From: a virus
Taxonomy: Duplodnaviria; Heunggongvirae; Uroviricota; Caudoviricetes
Length of the DNA stretch: 19,368 nt
Strand: one strand, 5' to 3'
IMG/VR virus record: IMGVR_UViG_2737471862_000006
Below, piece after piece: positions 1 to 7,467 of the stretch (positions are counted from its first letter, which is position 1; the number at the start of each line of letters is the position of its first letter). Position numbers and translations under genes: made by a program. Below the pieces are notes generated by a model. It had not been told where the DNA came from. It did no database searches and saw only the letters and a program-made list of their open reading frames with translations.

Positions 1-170
1 ATGAGTAACAACTCTTACATGAGATGTATTCATATCTAAATATTCTTTCAATTATAACCACCTTGCTGCAATATTATGATTATACTGTATAAAATTTAAC
101 TCCTCTTAGATCTTACTTCACTGTTCCTTATGAAACAATCATCAAAATGAATCATATTGTAGTTAAGATT

Positions 171-635
171 TTACTTTAAACACTGCTCGGTTATGTATTG
201 CTGAGCACCTTCAAGTTGGGCCTGCATCATTACCAGTCGTTCCCGGAGGGTGAAATAATCCCGTTCAGCGGTGTCTGCCAGTCGGGGGGAGGCTGCATTA
301 TCCACGCCGGAGGCGGTGGTGGCTTCACGCACTGACTGACAGACTGCTTTGATGTGCAACCGACGACGACCAGCGGCAACATCATCACGCAGAGCATCAT
401 TTTCAGCTTTCGCATCAGCTAACTCCTTCGTGTATTTTGCATCGAGCGCAGCAACATCACGCTGACGCATCTGCATGTCAGTAATTGCCGCGTTCGCCAG
501 CTTCAGTTCTCTGGCATTTTTGTCGCGCTGGGCTTTGTAGGTAATGGCGTTATCACGGTAATGATTAACAGCCCATGACAGGCAGACGATGATGCAGATA
601 ACCAGAGCGGAGATAATCGCGGTTACTCTGTTCAT
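171..635 (-). CDS. Rz-type i-spanin (inner-membrane spanin), 154 aa
   Basis: Near-identical by recollection to lambda Rz (N-terminal TM segment, coiled-coil body). ATG at 635..633 overlaps the endolysin TGA (ATGA). The track ORF extends to a GTG at 647; the ATG at 635 is preferred. Confidence 0.9.
   Translation of the reverse strand: MNRVTAIISALVICIIVCLSWAVNHYRDNAITYKAQRDKNARELKLANAAITDMQMRQRDVAALDAKYTKELADAKAENDALRDDVAAGRRRLHIKAVCQSVREATTASGVDNAASPRLADTAERDYFTLRERLVMMQAQLEGAQQYITEQCLK
230..415 (-). CDS. Rz1-type o-spanin lipoprotein, 61 aa, embedded in Rz in the +1 frame
   Basis: Signal peptide with lipobox VVGC, proline-rich PPPPP and PPP tracts; wholly nested inside the Rz gene in another frame, as in lambda Rz/Rz1. 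Confidence 0.85.
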   Translation of the reverse strand: MRKLKMMLCVMMLPLVVVGCTSKQSVSQCVKPPPPPAWIMQPPPDWQTPLNGIISPSGNDW

Positions 636-1129
636 TGCTGACCCCACAAACAGATTTCACGCTCAATCTCACGACGTGTCATGAGACCTTTCCATTGCTT
701 ACCGCCAGCATATGTCCAGCGACGTAGCTGATCACATGCGCCTTTGATATCGCCCTGGTTTATTTTGCGAAGAAGCGTCGATGTTCTGAAATTGCCAGCA
801 CCCACGTTGTAAACGAATGAGTAAAGAGCGCCGCGCGTTGTTTCCGGTATATCGACTTTGATGTACGGGTTAATTTGTCTGGCGACAGTGGCAAGGTCTT
901 TATTCAAGAGTGTTTTGCATTCTGCTTTGGTATACGTTTTACCGAGCATGATGTCTTTTCCTGTATGCCCGTGACATACAGTCCATACACCAACAATATC
1001 TTTGTATGGTATGTAGCTGACACCTTCCAGACCATCGTTACCACTTGGGCCAGTGATTAACACTGATGCTATAGCAATTGCTCCGCCACCAATAGCAGCA
1101 GCAACGACTTTTCGTAATGATGGAGGCAT
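632..1129 (-). CDS. SAR endolysin, T4-lysozyme family (phage 21 R-like), 165 aa
   Basis: N-terminal Gly/Ala-rich weakly hydrophobic signal-arrest-release segment ([18 protein letters not shown]) followed by an E...D...T catalytic triad region ([24 protein letters not shown]). Start ATG overlaps the holin stop. Confidence 0.9.
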   Translation of the reverse strand: MPPSLRKVVAAAIGGGAIAIASVLITGPSGNDGLEGVSYIPYKDIVGVWTVCHGHTGKDIMLGKTYTKAECKTLLNKDLATVARQINPYIKVDIPETTRGALYSFVYNVGAGNFRTSTLLRKINQGDIKGACDQLRRWTYAGGKQWKGLMTRREIEREICLWGQQ

Positions 1130-1344
1130 TATTCACCTCTCGCAGCCTTGCGCTTATCTTCTTTAATCTTGAAATAAAGGTTTGTCAGGTACGTCAGCAG
1201 GCCAAATACCAGACTACCCAGCACACCGATTGCAGCCCACTGTGACGGAGTTACTCTATCGAGCAACTGTAAAAACCAGTAGCCAGCACTGCCTGCGGAG
1301 GTGCCGTAGGCAATGCCTGTTGAAATTTTGTCCATGGATTTCAT
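1129..1344 (-). CDS. Class II holin / pinholin (S21-like), dual-start MKSMDK
   Basis: Two TM segments, charged C-terminus ([13 protein letters not shown]); dual-start motif M-K-S-M typical of holin/antiholin pairs; SD GGAGGTG 5 nt upstream of the ATG at 1344. The track ORF extends to 1401, probably an artefactual upstream start. Confidence 0.85.
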   Translation of the reverse strand: MKSMDKISTGIAYGTSAGSAGYWFLQLLDRVTPSQWAAIGVLGSLVFGLLTYLTNLYFKIKEDKRKAARGE

Positions 1345-1595
1345 AGCCTCACCTCCGCACGGAACGGATGGCATAGTTATTATGTGTAGGCTTTCAGACA
1401 CATCAATCAGAGCCTTAATTGATATATATGCTGGAGACGATGCAATATAAAAAGCTCGCCGTAGCGAGCTAATGAAATGTATTTCTCTGATATTATGTTT
1501 ATTTGTATTAGCTCAGACTTGACATCACAGGTTTCGTATATAGAACATCATCAAATCTGTCAGTTTGCTATGAATGAGATATAGTAATTGAAGAG

Positions 1596-1991
1596 CTAAC
1601 CTCGCATGTCAAAGCCAGATTTCTGAAAATCTCTGTAGACTTCCGGATTGTTGAAGGCCGGAAATTTGGCTTTATGAGCTGCGGACTTTATCGCTTCGCA
1701 ATAGGCTTTATCACCGTTACTGGTAGATATTTTTAACGCCGTGCCATCCTGAGAGAATTCCATATGCAACCTGCATTTTTTCCCTTTCCAGTTATGCGGC
1801 TCATCAAGTTTGGCATTAATTGCAGCTCTGATTCCCCGCGCTTGCGCCCCCCATTCATCCTGATCATCCCAGCGTCCTGAACTGCAACTACCTGTAGCAG
1901 TAGTTTTGTGGCAATCTGAAGGGTGTAAAGGTGTGCATCCCGCAACAAAACCGACCCAAAAAGTCAACATAACGATTTTCTTTAATCCCAC
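1596..1991 (-). CDS. Lipoprotein with TolA C-terminal-domain (domain III)-like tail, 131 aa
   Basis: GTG start with SD GGAG; signal peptide plus lipobox FVAGC; C-terminal GKKCRLHMEFSQDGTALKI...YCEAIKSAA...FPAFNNPEVYRDFQKSGFDM follows the TolA domain III pattern (GK.C.L....G.LL.I...LC.AA....P.PP...VY..F....DF). Confidence 0.7.
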   Translation of the reverse strand: MGLKKIVMLTFWVGFVAGCTPLHPSDCHKTTATGSCSSGRWDDQDEWGAQARGIRAAINAKLDEPHNWKGKKCRLHMEFSQDGTALKISTSNGDKAYCEAIKSAAHKAKFPAFNNPEVYRDFQKSGFDMRG

Positions 1992-2141
1992 TTCTTGCTC
2001 CTCAATCCATTAAAATCTCAGCAATAGTAGTTGTTACGTCCGCCACTGGCTCAGAGCTGACTATCCGCTAAATTTAGCTCAGTGCCGTAGCTGTGTCAGA
2101 ACAAACCTAAGCCGAAACCGTTTATTACAAAACAATAAATA

Positions 2142-2570
2142 TCAGGGTTTAAAATCCAGCACCCCATTTTGAAATACTTTATATACTTCCGGCGAAGGGG
2201 GGGCAGGTATATCAGCATTCTTTATCGCATTCATCGCTTCACGACATAAATCGAGGTCTCCACTTTCTCTTTTAACCTCCAGTAGAAGGCCATTCGGGGC
2301 CATATGCATTCTCAGTGTACACTCTTTTCCTGAATACTTACTCGCATCCCCGAACTGTTTTTCGATGGCGCTCTTGATTTGATGGGCATACAGACGGATA
2401 TCCTCACTAACATCAGAAGTACGTTCAGATGAACTCACATACTGTGTCTCTATTGCTTTATCGGAGTAATATGATGTACGGTCATGATAATTTGTCGATA
2501 CAGCATCAGTGCACCCGATAATAATCCCACTAATAATCAACGTAAGAATTGATGCGCTACGAAAACCCAT
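2142..2570 (-). CDS. Lipoprotein with TolA C-terminal-domain (domain III)-like tail, 142 aa; paralogue of 1596..1991
   Basis: ATG with SD GAGG; lipobox IIGC; C-terminal ~80 aa (HQIKSAIEKQFGDASKYSGKECTLRMHMAPNGLLLEVK...LCREAMNAIKNADIPAPPSPEVYKVFQNGVLDFKP) closely resembles the C-terminus of E. coli TolA as I recall it (...GQIKSAIESKFYDASSYAGKTCTLRIKLAPDGMLLDIK...PKPPSQAVYEVFKNAPLDFKP). Confidence 0.7.
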   Translation of the reverse strand: MGFRSASILTLIISGIIIGCTDAVSTNYHDRTSYYSDKAIETQYVSSSERTSDVSEDIRLYAHQIKSAIEKQFGDASKYSGKECTLRMHMAPNGLLLEVKRESGDLDLCREAMNAIKNADIPAPPSPEVYKVFQNGVLDFKP

Positions 2571-2733
2571 TTTTCCTCACATATGTCATATAGTAAAGGA
2601 TTATATATACCGTTGTTTTGGACGCTCAAACAGCGAATCAGATCAAATAAAACGCACATTTGTTAACATTTACACAAAGTCTGCGTGGGATATTCTGAAA
2701 GAATATCCATAATGTGGAGAGAATCTATTGAAG

Positions 2734-2838
2734 TGCATGGTGCCGGGTGCCTCCCGGTGAACAAAATGTTCGTGATACCTGTCGGCGACAGAAAAGGTTA
2801 ATGGTATCACCCCACCGCACAGGGGGATTCACCATGCA
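2734..2838. other. Compact ~105-nt cluster of nested inverted repeats (candidate structured RNA or DNA site)
   Basis: Outer 9-bp perfect stem TGCATGGTG (2734-2742) / CACCATGCA (2830-2838) enclosing hairpins CCGGG-tgcct-CCCGG (2743-2757), GAACA-aaa-TGTTC (2759-2771), GTGATACC...GGTATCAC (2772-2779 / 2803-2810) and CCCC...GGGG (2810-2813 / 2822-2825). Confidence 0.35.
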
Positions 2839-3158
2839 GGAGTTTTCTTAGCAAACTCACTGCGCGCCCGGCAACTCCCAACCACATAAAATGCGGAGTT
2901 TGTGGCATTTATGCATATAACTCGCAGGAATTATCTTAAAAAACTGATGTCGATCCGGATTAAAAAGAAGCAGGTCATCATCAGATGACTGGAAAAAAGG
3001 AAAACAAAAAATACTCATCATACAGTTTTGATTGCAGGGATGAGCCTGCTATGCACAATATGCAGAATATAAGCAAGATAAAAATATGCAGGCATATTAT
3101 TTCGGATTTTGTTATTAACACAACCTTTTTAATAATCATTTGGCATACAATAAACCAG

Positions 3159-3190
3159 CCCAAAAAGAACCGCCTAAACAGGCGGTTGGT
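3159..3190 (-). terminator. Candidate Rho-independent terminator (minus strand)
   Basis: Minus-strand reading AACCGCC-tgtttag-GGCGGTT followed by CTTTTTGG. Confidence 0.45.
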
Positions 3191-3431
3191 CAATACAAAG
3201 GATGCTTCGTCTTTATTATAGTAATCTGAGGCGTCGGGTGTCTTGTATCAGACAACATATTGTCCCGCTAAACAGCGAATTACAAACCACCCTGCAATGA
3301 TCTCTCATCTCATTTTATATGAGTTGACGACATCAGGATAACGCATCATCAGCCCCTGCCAAGAAATATCAAAACTCCCGCCAGCAATGTGTTATCACAA
3401 TATTGTAAAAAAAACACAGCACCGAAACTAT

Positions 3432-3469
3432 AACTGGTCTCTGTTATAATTTGGAGCAGAAAGACCAGT
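3432..3469 (+). promoter_or_regulatory. Extended -10 promoter element (TGtTATAAT at 3442-3450) inside a 9-bp inverted repeat AACTGGTCT / AGACCAGTT
   Basis: Perfect TATAAT with TG at -14/-15 on the plus strand; flanking perfect inverted repeat (3432-3440 / 3461-3469) suggests a protein-binding site or RNA hairpin; lies downstream of the Q-like gene where a late promoter / qut region is expected. Confidence 0.35.
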
Positions 3470-3504
3470 TGCCCAACTAGCAGCATTCTCCCCTGCTTTC
3501 CTGA

Positions 3505-3537
3505 CGTAAAAAAACCGCATTAAGCGGTTTTTTTACG
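3505..3537. terminator. Bidirectional intrinsic terminator-like perfect palindrome (14-bp arms, 5-nt loop)
   Basis: CGTAAAAAAACCGC-attaa-GCGGTTTTTTTACG; GC stem flanked by an A-tract and T-tract, functional in either orientation; ~80 nt downstream of the Q-like stop. Confidence 0.6.
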
Positions 3538-3614
3538 ATGTCCATGTCTGCAATCCGCCTCGCGATACAGCTTTGCGAAGCATAGCAAAATTGAAGCAGT
3601 TTATACGTAAGAAA

Positions 3615-4157
3615 TCAAGCCATTTTCTCAGCAAATGATTCACGCATGGGAATATATAGGGCATACTCAGCAACAGCTAACCAATTAGCAATCCGTTTTT
3701 CGCATGTGCTAAAACACCACTCTGGGTGTGCATCATTTAGCAATTCAGCCATTTTGCGCTTAGTCATCCCCCGCCCTTCATAGCGTTGCCGGAGAATGCA
3801 AATCAATCCTGGATGCTCTGCCAGCACCTCACTTATGACTCGATCAATACATAACGCCTCTGCATCAGTACAATGCGCCAGCCAGCTCTTTTGCTTGCCG
3901 TTGATCATCTCTCGCAAAAACGCTTCCAGCTCAGCTTTCTCTATTCCCGCTTTTTTCATTCTGCGCAGGGCTTCATTAATGGCTGTTTTCGTCAGTTTTT
4001 TGGATGCCAACAACTGATTGAACATATTCCCTGACCTGCCACCGCCAATATACGACCAGCGCCCCCACATACGTAGTTTTCCCTGAATCCAGACACTTTC
4101 CAGCGTGGTGAGGCGAAGGTGTTCTCCGCTTTTTCCTGTATTCGTTGGGTAAATCAT
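3615..4157 (-). CDS. Putative late-gene antiterminator (Q-like), 180 aa
   Basis: Call rests on position (last gene before a terminator/promoter-like leader and the lysis cassette, after ybcO-like nin genes) and basic, Cys-containing composition; ATGA overlap with the upstream gene. No sequence match recalled to lambda Q itself. Confidence 0.5.
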   Translation of the reverse strand: MIYPTNTGKSGEHLRLTTLESVWIQGKLRMWGRWSYIGGGRSGNMFNQLLASKKLTKTAINEALRRMKKAGIEKAELEAFLREMINGKQKSWLAHCTDAEALCIDRVISEVLAEHPGLICILRQRYEGRGMTKRKMAELLNDAHPEWCFSTCEKRIANWLAVAEYALYIPMRESFAEKMA

Positions 4158-4444
4158 AAATGACCTTTCTTTCTCCAGATTTCTTGTGTGCGAAAAACCC
4201 CTTCAGCATGCATCAGGCGCAATTCTTCTTTGGTGTAATCGCTGGTTTTTACCCGCCCGTCGATTAGATCGTGGCATGAGCTACAGGCTATCGCCGCCTG
4301 CATATCATGTGGTTTTGTCGCTGTTCCGCACGTCCCCGCCAGCCTGTAATGCGCCAGCACAGAGGTTTCGGGATTGTGATTGCAGTAGCCAGGGATTCTG
4401 ATCTGGCACATCTGGCCTTTAGCCGCTTTACGTAAATTCACCAT
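4154..4444 (-). CDS. YbcO-like (DUF1364) putative nuclease, 96 aa
   Basis: 96-aa Cys/His-rich protein (C..C...H...C..C.H) matching in size and pattern the DLP12 nin-region protein YbcO; start overlaps the upstream stop. Confidence 0.65.
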   Translation of the reverse strand: MVNLRKAAKGQMCQIRIPGYCNHNPETSVLAHYRLAGTCGTATKPHDMQAAIACSSCHDLIDGRVKTSDYTKEELRLMHAEGVFRTQEIWRKKGHL

Positions 4445-5043
4445 TACGCAAACTCCAGTAGTTGTGCGGCCACATTTTCAACTTCCTCCTGAGAGGAGAA
4501 TTTACGGAACAGAATCCAGTTCCACAGCACATTCAGTACAGATTTATAAACCTGCTGAAACTCGACTTCGTCCATATTCGCAAAAGCGATGGATTTTGCC
4601 CGACGCCCACGGCTACCGTCCGGATAAATATGCTCGGTGTAAAATCCGGCCTGAATGGTTACCCACTCGCGGAAAGCCTCAAACGACTTTAGCAACGCCG
4701 TATCCCGGGTTCTACGAGTCGCAACGGTGTTAAGGTATTGCTCTGCGGCATCACTCAGGGCTGGCGTGTGTTCCCGACCAACTGATTCGCACAGGTAATC
4801 AACGAAACCAGACAGCAGTTCTCGTTCGCGAGGCGTGATCGCCCCACCGACCGGAGTCCAGTAATCGAATCCCAGTTGCAGGAGTTTGAAAAAACGCTTG
4901 TGGAATGCGTAGTTACGCACACGCTTAAAGTCTGCGTGTATCCACTCACCTATTTTGATTTGATGCAGAAAATCGCAACTCTCCGGCGTCGCCGGGAGAA
5001 GTAAACCAGAAGAGGTTTGTTTGACCAGTTGTATATGCGCCAT
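4444..5043 (-). CDS. DUF1367-like lambdoid nin-region protein, 199 aa
   Basis: Resembles the conserved prophage protein family that commonly precedes DUF1364/YbcO in lambdoid nin regions; translationally coupled to the ybcO-like gene. Confidence 0.55.
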   Translation of the reverse strand: MAHIQLVKQTSSGLLLPATPESCDFLHQIKIGEWIHADFKRVRNYAFHKRFFKLLQLGFDYWTPVGGAITPRERELLSGFVDYLCESVGREHTPALSDAAEQYLNTVATRRTRDTALLKSFEAFREWVTIQAGFYTEHIYPDGSRGRRAKSIAFANMDEVEFQQVYKSVLNVLWNWILFRKFSSQEEVENVAAQLLEFA

Positions 5044-5323
5044 TTCTCAATCTCTCGATGGCGCAGCGCAGCAGATGCCAGTTGTTCAGGCTGACGAATA
5101 AAGTATAAATAAACTGGCTATGGTGTAAAGCCCCACATAGCATGAACAAACACTACATATCAAATAGCTGGTACAAGGATAGAAATACGACACTTATTAT
5201 TAAAAACGATTAGATAAATTACATTTTAATGTTATGCAAAAGTTCTTTTTTATCATAACATTTCAATAAAAGCATTACAGATGCAATCATCCCGTCATCA
5301 TCAATTATTTAAGGTGGTTAAAC

Positions 5324-5410
5324 ATGGAAAATAACAAGTTCGCACATCTCGCTCCTTTTTTATCCGTAATCCTTTTCGCTTGTTGTTTTATATGGGCATT
5401 ATTTTTATAA
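5324..5410 (+). CDS. Candidate small hydrophobic peptide, 28 aa (MENNKFAHLAPFLSVILFACCFIWALFL)
   Basis: Strong SD AAGGTGG 6 nt upstream of the ATG; single predicted TM helix; lies in the AT-rich island. Coding status unproven. Confidence 0.3.
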   Translation: MENNKFAHLAPFLSVILFACCFIWALFL

Positions 5411-5801
5411 AGTAGCCACATGATAAGTTGCTGGAATCATATTTCCCACTCAAGTCATTAACATTTGATAAGATATATCTAAAAGGACGCCTTTACATTA
5501 TTTATGCGTATATAATTTATTTATATACACAGTAAAGGTATCCTGGGAAAATATTTATCGTTAAAAAATACATCATAAATAATTAAGCTGAAATTTCAGA
5601 ACATAACTAATACACACAATAAGGTTCAGTAACAGTAATCTATGTGGACTACATCGAGATTTTTTGATTAAACTTTAATAACTTATTCCTAACACACAGA
5701 ATGCATAAACTAAAAGTAAAACAAATAGTTATACGAAAAACAACCATATTTATTCTATCTTCTCCTCTAATCAACATATCAATTATGTGTTTCATAACAG
5801 C

Positions 5802-5841
5802 TTGACATAACCCTCCAAAAGATGCATTTTTAATGCATGTT
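5802..5841 (+). promoter_or_regulatory. Candidate promoter (-35 TTGACA at 5802-5807) with NsrR-type operator (5819-5841)
   Basis: AAGATGCATTT-T-TAATGCATGTT matches the 11-1-11 NsrR inverted-repeat consensus (AAGATGCATTT-N-AAATGCATCTT) at 21 of 23 positions and overlaps the predicted -10 region, immediately upstream of the yeaR-like RBS. Confidence 0.55.
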
Positions 5842-5856
5842 TTGGAGGAGGTGGTT

Positions 5857-6195
5857 ATGACACACAAGAGAATTCCTAAAGATTGGGTAATCAAACGCTC
5901 AACTCCGTTCTTCACAAAAGAGAACGTACCTTCAGCGTTATTAACACATCATAATACAGCAGCAGGTGTTTTTGGGCAGTTGTGCGTAATGGAAGGCACT
6001 GTAACATATTATGGTTTTACTGATGAGAATGCTACTGAACCGGAGATAAAAGTAGTCATTAATGCTGGCGCTTTTGCAACAAGCCCACCACAATACTGGC
6101 ACCGTGTTGAACTAAGCGATGATGCTCAGTTTAATATTAACTTTTGGGTCGCTCCAGACTTTTCGGGCGAAAAAGTCTATAGCACCAAAAAATAG
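5857..6195 (+). CDS. YeaR-like DUF1971 protein, 112 aa
   Basis: ATG at 5857 preceded by SD GGAGGAGGTGG; resembles E. coli YeaR as recalled (RSTPFF, MEGTVTYYGF..E..AEPE, FNINFWVAP). The track ORF begins 24 nt upstream at a weaker start. Confidence 0.6.
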   Translation: MTHKRIPKDWVIKRSTPFFTKENVPSALLTHHNTAAGVFGQLCVMEGTVTYYGFTDENATEPEIKVVINAGAFATSPPQYWHRVELSDDAQFNINFWVAPDFSGEKVYSTKK

Positions 6196-6224
6196 ATGAT
6201 CATATTAAAAATGCTTTAACAGTC

Positions 6225-6261
6225 AGACCCGGCAGGGCTATCCCCGACGGGTCTCATTTTT
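6225..6261 (+). terminator. Rho-independent terminator downstream of the yeaR-like gene
   Basis: Stem AGACCCG (6225-6231) / CGGGTCT (6248-6254) with an inner GGG/CCC extension, followed by CATTTTTG. Confidence 0.6.
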
Positions 6262-6772
6262 GTAAATATATTGGTTCTACATTGACAGGAGACTTCAACC
6301 ATAAGAAGTAATCTGAATACTTGAGCAATAAATTTACTTAAGATTAATGAGCGCACCTTGCCGGACAAAGATAAACCAAGGTAACACCTTTTTTCTAGCC
6401 AGTATGTAATCAATCAGAAAGCCGCTCCATAAGAACAACAGCAAGACAATAAATTGCCATTACAGCCGCAATAGCCAGCGCACATTTGAGAACCAGCACG
6501 ACAACCCCCTGTATTAGACGCACACCAGTCCTGATAAATATGAGGCTGTCTCGTCAGTGATTCAATACAACTATTGGGTATAGTTTCTGTGATTTTATTC
6601 TGTAGAAATGGAACACAACAACCAGTCACCACCAGCACTTCCTTAAATGCTCTAAGTCAGAAACAAGCCAACATTTTAGTCCGCTTTGAGCGAAGAGCGG
6701 ACATTGCTAACAGCATCCTGTGTGAATCATTACGATCAAATCGATGACTAGATAAGTACAAACCGGAAAAGG

Positions 6773-6793
6773 GGCCTACTGACGAAGTAGGCC
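6773..6793 (-). terminator. Rho-independent terminator of the three-gene operon
   Basis: Minus-strand GGCCTAC-ttcgtca-GTAGGCC followed by CCTTTTCCGGTTT, 16 nt after the operon stop codon. Confidence 0.6.
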
Positions 6794-6810
6794 TGAGTTC
6801 CTTATATATT

Positions 6811-7467
6811 TCACAAAATTCTGAGAGTTTCTAAGATGGATAAAAGTGTTGGAAGCTGACTCTCTCTCACACGGAATCTACCCGTCCTAGATAATTCCGT
6901 TTCAATTCCGTTAACGAAGAAATGTACGGAATCAAAAACGGCCGAACTATTCATGTATTTATTCTGATAAATTTCTTGGAGATTCTTTGAGCTTACTATT
7001 TTTGTCTTTGCTAAAGTAAAAGGATCAACAGAGATATTAGATAGAGACATGGATTTTATCTTGATGTCAAAGCCCTCAGAAAGACCATTTACAATTTTTC
7101 TCAGATCAAATTCTACTGGTCTCAAGCCACTATCTTCACCAAATAGTTTTTGCACCATAGTATAAGGCACTTTCATACTTAATGGAGGATTAGTGGCATA
7201 TAGTATGATTTTTTTCCCTTGTCTGACGCCAAAGTCCACATTTAAGTAAGTTGCTATTTCAACCTCTGAACGCTCGCCATTAGCATATTCTAAGCTTTGC
7301 TTGCTAATGCTTCTCATGGTAAATCTTAGTTTAAGCACTTCAGAGTTATTAATGATTTGAAAACCATATCCTTTATCTTCATCATAGAGGTTGTCATTTA
7401 CTTTATGTAATAACTCACTTTTAGTTATATCCTTTTCTGCTTTATAAATTTTTACCTTTATCATCAT
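6811..7467 (-). CDS. Hypothetical protein, cassette gene C (218 aa from the ATG at 7467)
   Basis: ATG at 7467 overlaps the stop of gene B (ATGA) and is preceded by SD AGGAGG; AT-rich codon usage; no recognisable motifs. The track ORF start at 7494 is a TTG. Confidence 0.6.
   Translation of the reverse strand: MMIKVKIYKAEKDITKSELLHKVNDNLYDEDKGYGFQIINNSEVLKLRFTMRSISKQSLEYANGERSEVEIATYLNVDFGVRQGKKIILYATNPPLSMKVPYTMVQKLFGEDSGLRPVEFDLRKIVNGLSEGFDIKIKSMSLSNISVDPFTLAKTKIVSSKNLQEIYQNKYMNSSAVFDSVHFFVNGIETELSRTGRFRVRESQLPTLLSILETLRIL

Noticed and set aside
875-1060. 61-aa plus-strand ORF inside the endolysin gene
   Set aside because: Antisense to a confidently identified endolysin; no RBS; shadow ORF.
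2981-3193. 70-aa hydrophobic minus-strand ORF and the overlapping 78-aa plus-strand ORF (2985..3221)
   Set aside because: The minus-strand ORF starts inside the terminator hairpin at 3159-3190; both sit in AT-rich DNA where Phe/Ile/Leu-rich spurious frames are common; no convincing RBS.
2700-3500. Possible tRNA gene between the Q-like gene and the lysis genes, as seen in some Stx-type phages
   Set aside because: No segment folds into a cloverleaf with a T-loop GTTCRANYC-like motif; the structured element at 2734-2838 is too long and lacks tRNA signatures.
4186-4733. Plus-strand ORFs (71, 76 and 89 aa) antisense to the ybcO-like and DUF1367-like genes
   Set aside because: Embedded antisense in translationally coupled minus-strand genes; no RBS; shadow ORFs.
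5649-5915. 88-aa minus-strand ORF overlapping the yeaR-like start and promoter
   Set aside because: Overlaps the better-supported yeaR-like gene and its operator; AT-rich artefact.
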